Program-made: the position numbers and the translations under genes
Assembly: GCA_963976865.1 (NCBI GenBank)
Contig: CAXBLY010000002.1
Span: forward strand, 22,917 to 86,916
Source of the DNA: an uncultured Gammaproteobacteria bacterium
Lineage (GTDB): Bacteria > Pseudomonadota > Gammaproteobacteria > UBA4575
DNA: 64,000 nucleotides
Reading direction: 5' to 3'
The notes under the pieces: generated by a model
What the model was told of the DNA's origin: nothing
Databases searched by the model: none
The model's input: the letters and a program-made list of their open reading frames with translations, nothing else
In this document: piece after piece, positions 59,591 to 64,000 of the stretch
Numbering within the stretch: the first letter of the stretch is position 1
How the letters are laid out: each line of letters starts with the position of its first letter

Positions 59591-60376
59591 TTAAAAGAAA
59601 AATGCCACGCCGCCTGTTATTTCATCAAAATCATCGTTTTCATCATCGTTTGATAAAACAACGTAGCGACGATAATCAGCACGTATAAAAAAACGTTCAG
59701 TCAAATAAAATCTTGCACCGATCCCTGCATTGGCAAGATCAGAATCTGTCTCTTCGGCATTTACCAGTGTTGCTCTTGGAGTATTCTCAAAACGACCATA
59801 ACCAATTGTAAAATTTGGACTGACACGCCATTTCGGAAATGGTGTTGAGACAAGATTGAGGCTGTAAACATCAGAGCTGGAAAAGTCACCAGCAACTTCA
59901 CCATAGGAGAATTCCAGCATGATATTTTCTGTAAATTTGTAACCCAGACGTGCGGTAATAAACGGATCACCTGAGAAATCACCTCCAGACACACCAAACT
60001 CGATTCGTCTTCTCAAGTAGTCACTGACTAATACATCACGAAAACTCTTGTTCGAGCCTGCCTCAGTCAACGTACGCTCCATTTGTGAACGTTCAACCCA
60101 ACCGGTTTTATTGTGATCTGTTCTGACTTTAAACCAGTCTGTTTTACGCTTGATTATTTCAACCCATTCGTGACGATCCACCACATGGAAAATGGGAAAT
60201 CCACGTCCTGGACCTGTATGCATTTCAATATATGGATCAGCAACCTGTACGCTTTGATACTCTTTATCTGCGTAGGCGACCTGATTGACTGTGATGAACA
60301 TCACAAAGGCAAATATCACATACTTTAAGTGAGTTATTGTTGAGATTTGAGTAAAGCTTTCCATGCCTGATTTCAT
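59591..60376 (-). CDS. SH3b-like domain fused to an outer-membrane beta-barrel domain
   Basis: 261 aa, signal peptide. DPYIEMHTGPGRGFPIFHVVDRHEWVEIIKRKTDWFKVRTDHNKTGWVE is bacterial-SH3-like. The C-terminal barrel ends ...GGVAFFF. Confidence 0.5.
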   Translation of the reverse strand: MKSGMESFTQISTITHLKYVIFAFVMFITVNQVAYADKEYQSVQVADPYIEMHTGPGRGFPIFHVVDRHEWVEIIKRKTDWFKVRTDHNKTGWVERSQMERTLTEAGSNKSFRDVLVSDYLRRRIEFGVSGGDFSGDPFITARLGYKFTENIMLEFSYGEVAGDFSSSDVYSLNLVSTPFPKWRVSPNFTIGYGRFENTPRATLVNAEETDSDLANAGIGARFYLTERFFIRADYRRYVVLSNDDENDDFDEITGGVAFFF

Positions 60377-60386
60377 TTCAAATTAT

Positions 60387-60911
60387 TTATGGGGCGCAGC
60401 TTGCCAGATCAGCAGCTGATGGACCTGTTCCTGTTAGGACAGTACAATTTACCGGACACGAACCATTGTTTGTTCCTGCCCAATTAGCAATTTCTTGATA
60501 ACAAGTCGCCGCTGTACTTGCAAAAATATCGCCACCACCATGTGGCCCTACGGATGCGACTCCGGAATCACCAACTAAGGGTTCGGCAAGTAATTTGCTC
60601 TGCGAGACACTGGCAGGATTCACAAAGGCTTGTGCAGAATTAAAATTAAATGCCAGGTCAGCAGCAGTTACCGGGTTTTGAATCAGGATAAATGCACCAC
60701 CTGATCCACCAGAAGCATGACAGGCGCTCGCTGCGCAGCTGACATTTGATGCACCTATTGGCCCTTGCAAGATAGGACTAATACACAAATCAAAAATGTT
60801 GCTACATAAATCTGCAACACTACCGGGATCATCCTCGGTAGAAACACTGTCGCATCCAGTTAAAATGATTAGCGCCGCAGCAAGCGACGCAAACCGCCGC
60901 TTCTTGTTCAC
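60387..60911 (-). CDS. Gly/Ala/Ser-rich Cys-containing lipoprotein (174 aa)
   Basis: Lipobox ILTGC and 10 Cys, including SCAASACH, a C-x4-CH arrangement of the kind used by some c3-type cytochromes. Confidence 0.45.
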   Translation of the reverse strand: MNKKRRFASLAAALIILTGCDSVSTEDDPGSVADLCSNIFDLCISPILQGPIGASNVSCAASACHASGGSGGAFILIQNPVTAADLAFNFNSAQAFVNPASVSQSKLLAEPLVGDSGVASVGPHGGGDIFASTAATCYQEIANWAGTNNGSCPVNCTVLTGTGPSAADLASCAP

Positions 60912-60938
60912 GGTAACTTCTCCGTAACTATTTAATAT

Positions 60939-63929
60939 TTAAATACAAGTTGGGTTATTTGCAGCACCCATGCTAATCCAGTTCAATATCACGCCATAAG
61001 TGCTATTCGGACTAGTGTCTACTAATACCGGTTGAGTGGGCCCCGCTGGATTAGCAGGACTCACTAACACCTGTGGGTGAGGCAAGTTAGGAGCAACATT
61101 GTCAGAAACTGCTCTTAGCAACAAATCATTGTTAGCCGGTGTACATAGATCGTTAATCATGGAAATAGTGACATTGAAGTCGCCGCCAGGATTACCTGTT
61201 AATACAAACCGGTTTTGTCCACTTGATGGATTCGCACTGTTGTCAGCATCTTCACCAGGCGCATGACATGACTGACAATCGGCCATTAATCGTGGATGAA
61301 CTGTCGAATTAAACAGTGACTGACTTACACCTACGTTTGAAAGCAGGTCTGCTTTAACTTTATAGACGCCATCAACCAGCTCAAATGGATCATTAATATA
61401 TTGAGCACCGATATCCACCCATTCAGTCACCAGACGCTTTTCAGATGCGTTCATAAACAGACTATGGTCTAACGTGCCAAGCACATGTTCATTATCAGCG
61501 CGTAATTTTCTATGATAAATCGTCTCAATGAGATGACTGGTACGTGAACTATTGGCAGAACCACCCACAGACACTAGCGGTTCATTACGCAGGAATACAA
61601 CTCCTCCATCCTGTACTACAGGTGGTAATGGCTGACCAAAAGCATCTTTCTCAAATGTTCCAATTAGCAGTTGATCATATGAAATGATTCTGCCACCCAA
61701 ACCACTCAGACCACCTTCTAAAGTTAATCCCGCTGAAACAGCCTCGTTCGCCAGCAATGCATTGTTATGGCAATTTACACATGTACATCCACCATCATTA
61801 ATTGCACCTGCTGCACTACAGGCACCCAGCACATCATCACGTGCCTTGTCCCAGATCGGCTGGATATGATCTTCGTAGTTGATTCTTATACGTCCATTAG
61901 GTGCGACCGGTGGAGGCGTATCCAGATCATCATATGAAATGATTTGCTGCTGTATACCACCGATGCTGACCCCTGCCCACACAGGTGTATAAGTTATATT
62001 GGGTAATAGGTCACCCGACCCATTCGCTGGATCATTACGACTCTTAGTATCAGCCATTGTTTCACCCGCTACGACATCCCAACCTTTAGTAGCAATATAT
62101 TCATTATCAGCTTGGCTACCTGCGATTGGCGTTGTATTTAATGGTTCTGTTGCACGCCTTGGTGAATGGCATCCATTACATGTACGTACTTCACCGGGAC
62201 GCACCTGCAACCAGTTTGTATGCGTTTGAAATGCACGCCCTTCTCCATCCAGTACAGTCATGGCGACTGCCGTGTCCGCTGGTACTTTTACACGGAATGA
62301 TCCGTCAGGCTCGATCTGCTGGTATCCAAGAATTTCCTGCATCTCAAATTCACTTTCACCAATCGCATCCATGATCATGCCCGGTGGCGTTGGAATTGCT
62401 CGGGTCACACGGACAAAACGCGCAACACGATTTGCAAACTCTGGAGTACTGGGATCTTTCATTAACAGCAGATCCGGCTCTCCTGTTGCAGTTTTAGGAA
62501 TGGTTTCACCAGGTGCCAATACCGAGTCGCCCATAATATCCAGTGAATCAGTGTCGTAAACACTGCGAACATTCAGCACACCCATACCTGTACCACCTAA
62601 ACCATTCGCTTCAGAAGCCAATGCGGGATCAGGGAATTTATCCCCGATAATCGCAGGTGTATCACCCAGACCACGTGGAAGTATTGCAATTGGATCAACC
62701 AGCGCTTTACCCGGTGCTGCCAGATGCACAGGACGCAATGTTCTATTCCCCAGGTCCATCATATATATACTGTATTCCGGAGTTCCCTGATCAGGTTCGG
62801 TAACTCCCGTCATAGGGTCCGTTACCATGGCCGGATTTGGTGGCGCAGGCCTGAATGAGACTAATGCACGGTTTGTCCCATCCCACAAAGGATAAGGTGT
62901 TGTGAAACGTCCGCCGGGAGAAAACTCATCATCAAAGTTAACTGTGAGATTTGTTAATTGAACTTTAGTTTGCCCATTGCAGTTCTGCGGAAGTCCTGGT
63001 CCTGGTTCACACGCATCAGAATAATTTTTAACATCCAGCAGCATTATCGCACCCGCTTCATTAGTACCTGATAAAGGCATCAATGAGGTCATCACACGAC
63101 CATCCTGCATTTCTCGAGGATGTAAAAAACTGTTCCCTGGACTAAATGCTCCGTACTCTACAAACAGGTTTGTTCCGTCAGGGTTTGCAAAAAATACCGG
63201 GAAATGATTTCTGTTTGCGAAATGATCCCAGCGTGAATACATAATTTCACCCGTCTTAAGCACAGTGGCATTACGATCATGACTCTGGTTAAACGATATT
63301 TGCGTGATTTCCTGAGTCACAGGATCAAACACATGCAGAGCAATCGTCTGCTCACGCTCATACTCATCCAGATATGTATATGGCTCTACATTTTCTTCAG
63401 CCATTTTTTGTTGCGTTGTTTTTTGGCGGCTGGATGAAAATACGATTCGTCCATCCGGCAAATAGGCGGGGTCTACATCATCCGCTAATTCAGCAACGGC
63501 TGTATCCTGAATTAACCGCGTCAGCGTGTTTGAATTCAGATTAATTTCCCAGATATTAAACGTTGCATCATTCGGTCCACGCATGGCAAACACCACTTTG
63601 CTTGCATCAAAGTTGACTTCAGGATCAGACACGTCACCCTGACCCTGGGTATAGGCGGAAGTTAAGTTGGTAGATTCCGAAAGTGGAGCAGATACATTTT
63701 TCATGTATAAATCACCACCCGGTGAAAAACGTACACCATCAGTAGGGTTACCAAGGGCAGCGGTATTTCTTTGCGCATACACAATTGGGAAGTCACCATT
63801 AATGATCACACCCTCTTCGCCTGCGCCCCCGCCACAGCCTGACATTGAAGTAGCAATAGCCCCACCGATTGCCCATATACTTATGCGTAAACATTTAGCC
63901 CATTTAACTGCCATGACCGACTTCTCCAA
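60939..63929 (-). CDS. Giant lipoprotein (996 aa) with TolB-like (PD40) beta-propeller repeats and three CxxCH motifs, putative c-type haem lipoprotein
   Basis: Lipobox SMSGC. Repeated propeller-blade signatures are present (RFSPGGDLY, YLPDGRIVFSSSRQ, ANPDGTNLFVEYG, FSPGGRFTTPYP, IEPDGSFRVKVP). Three spaced haem-attachment-type motifs are CNGCH, CVNCH and CQSCH. Confidence 0.55.
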   Translation of the reverse strand: MEKSVMAVKWAKCLRISIWAIGGAIATSMSGCGGGAGEEGVIINGDFPIVYAQRNTAALGNPTDGVRFSPGGDLYMKNVSAPLSESTNLTSAYTQGQGDVSDPEVNFDASKVVFAMRGPNDATFNIWEINLNSNTLTRLIQDTAVAELADDVDPAYLPDGRIVFSSSRQKTTQQKMAEENVEPYTYLDEYEREQTIALHVFDPVTQEITQISFNQSHDRNATVLKTGEIMYSRWDHFANRNHFPVFFANPDGTNLFVEYGAFSPGNSFLHPREMQDGRVMTSLMPLSGTNEAGAIMLLDVKNYSDACEPGPGLPQNCNGQTKVQLTNLTVNFDDEFSPGGRFTTPYPLWDGTNRALVSFRPAPPNPAMVTDPMTGVTEPDQGTPEYSIYMMDLGNRTLRPVHLAAPGKALVDPIAILPRGLGDTPAIIGDKFPDPALASEANGLGGTGMGVLNVRSVYDTDSLDIMGDSVLAPGETIPKTATGEPDLLLMKDPSTPEFANRVARFVRVTRAIPTPPGMIMDAIGESEFEMQEILGYQQIEPDGSFRVKVPADTAVAMTVLDGEGRAFQTHTNWLQVRPGEVRTCNGCHSPRRATEPLNTTPIAGSQADNEYIATKGWDVVAGETMADTKSRNDPANGSGDLLPNITYTPVWAGVSIGGIQQQIISYDDLDTPPPVAPNGRIRINYEDHIQPIWDKARDDVLGACSAAGAINDGGCTCVNCHNNALLANEAVSAGLTLEGGLSGLGGRIISYDQLLIGTFEKDAFGQPLPPVVQDGGVVFLRNEPLVSVGGSANSSRTSHLIETIYHRKLRADNEHVLGTLDHSLFMNASEKRLVTEWVDIGAQYINDPFELVDGVYKVKADLLSNVGVSQSLFNSTVHPRLMADCQSCHAPGEDADNSANPSSGQNRFVLTGNPGGDFNVTISMINDLCTPANNDLLLRAVSDNVAPNLPHPQVLVSPANPAGPTQPVLVDTSPNSTYGVILNWISMGAANNPTCI

Positions 63930-64000
63930 AACAACTCTGTTTACGTGAACAGAGTCTAGTTATTTATGCTGGCGATTATTGTGGAGAGAAGCAGTGTGAA

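Noticed and set aside
61684-62559. Several 60-100-aa plus-strand ORFs inside the 996-aa lipoprotein gene
   Set aside because: Antisense to a long, motif-rich CDS. Pro/Ala-rich translations typical of reverse-strand artefacts.
1-64000. Search for CRISPR arrays, tRNA/rRNA genes, IS elements and prophage genes
   Set aside because: No short direct-repeat arrays, no tRNA-like T-arm/acceptor patterns in intergenic regions, no transposase or phage structural ORFs were seen by eye. Only the recombinase-domain fragment at 34970-35233 is retained.

Overview
AT-rich window, most likely from a Gram-negative gammaproteobacterium, with genes densely packed and mostly on the minus strand. No rRNA, tRNA, CRISPR array or intact mobile element was recognisable by eye; the only mobile-DNA trace is a recombinase-domain fragment. 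Two amide-utilisation loci are present, each with its own Urt/FmdDEF-type ABC transporter. Locus 1 (1-10020) is amiC-amiR-urtABCDE-amiE-cbbQ/norQ-like with a partial norD/cbbO-like gene at the window start. Locus 2 (29714-36845) is fmdA-fmdB-urtABCDE. Housekeeping islands are rimB/rimK/deacylase, recQ, HIT, rapA, alaC-hom-thrC and surE-pcm-nlpD-smrB. Hunt result: the best candidate for a poorly described system is the minus-strand array at 47495-63929. It runs TonB/ExbB/ExbD/ExbD, three TPR lipoproteins, a DUF3570/DUF4266/TlpA module, two outer-membrane barrels, a Cys-rich lipoprotein and a 996-aa lipoprotein with TolB-like propeller repeats and three CxxCH motifs. Second is a translationally coupled RIO/Bud32-like kinase plus metallophosphoesterase plus small protein at 13376-15108. 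Other points are a Met-rich secreted repeat protein, a secreted truncated haemoglobin, a RimK-RCK_C fusion with a probable non-ATG start, a Cys-rich insert in ThrC, and tandem hexaloop hairpins in the amiR-urtA leader. All calls rest on reading the translations by eye; no searches were run.
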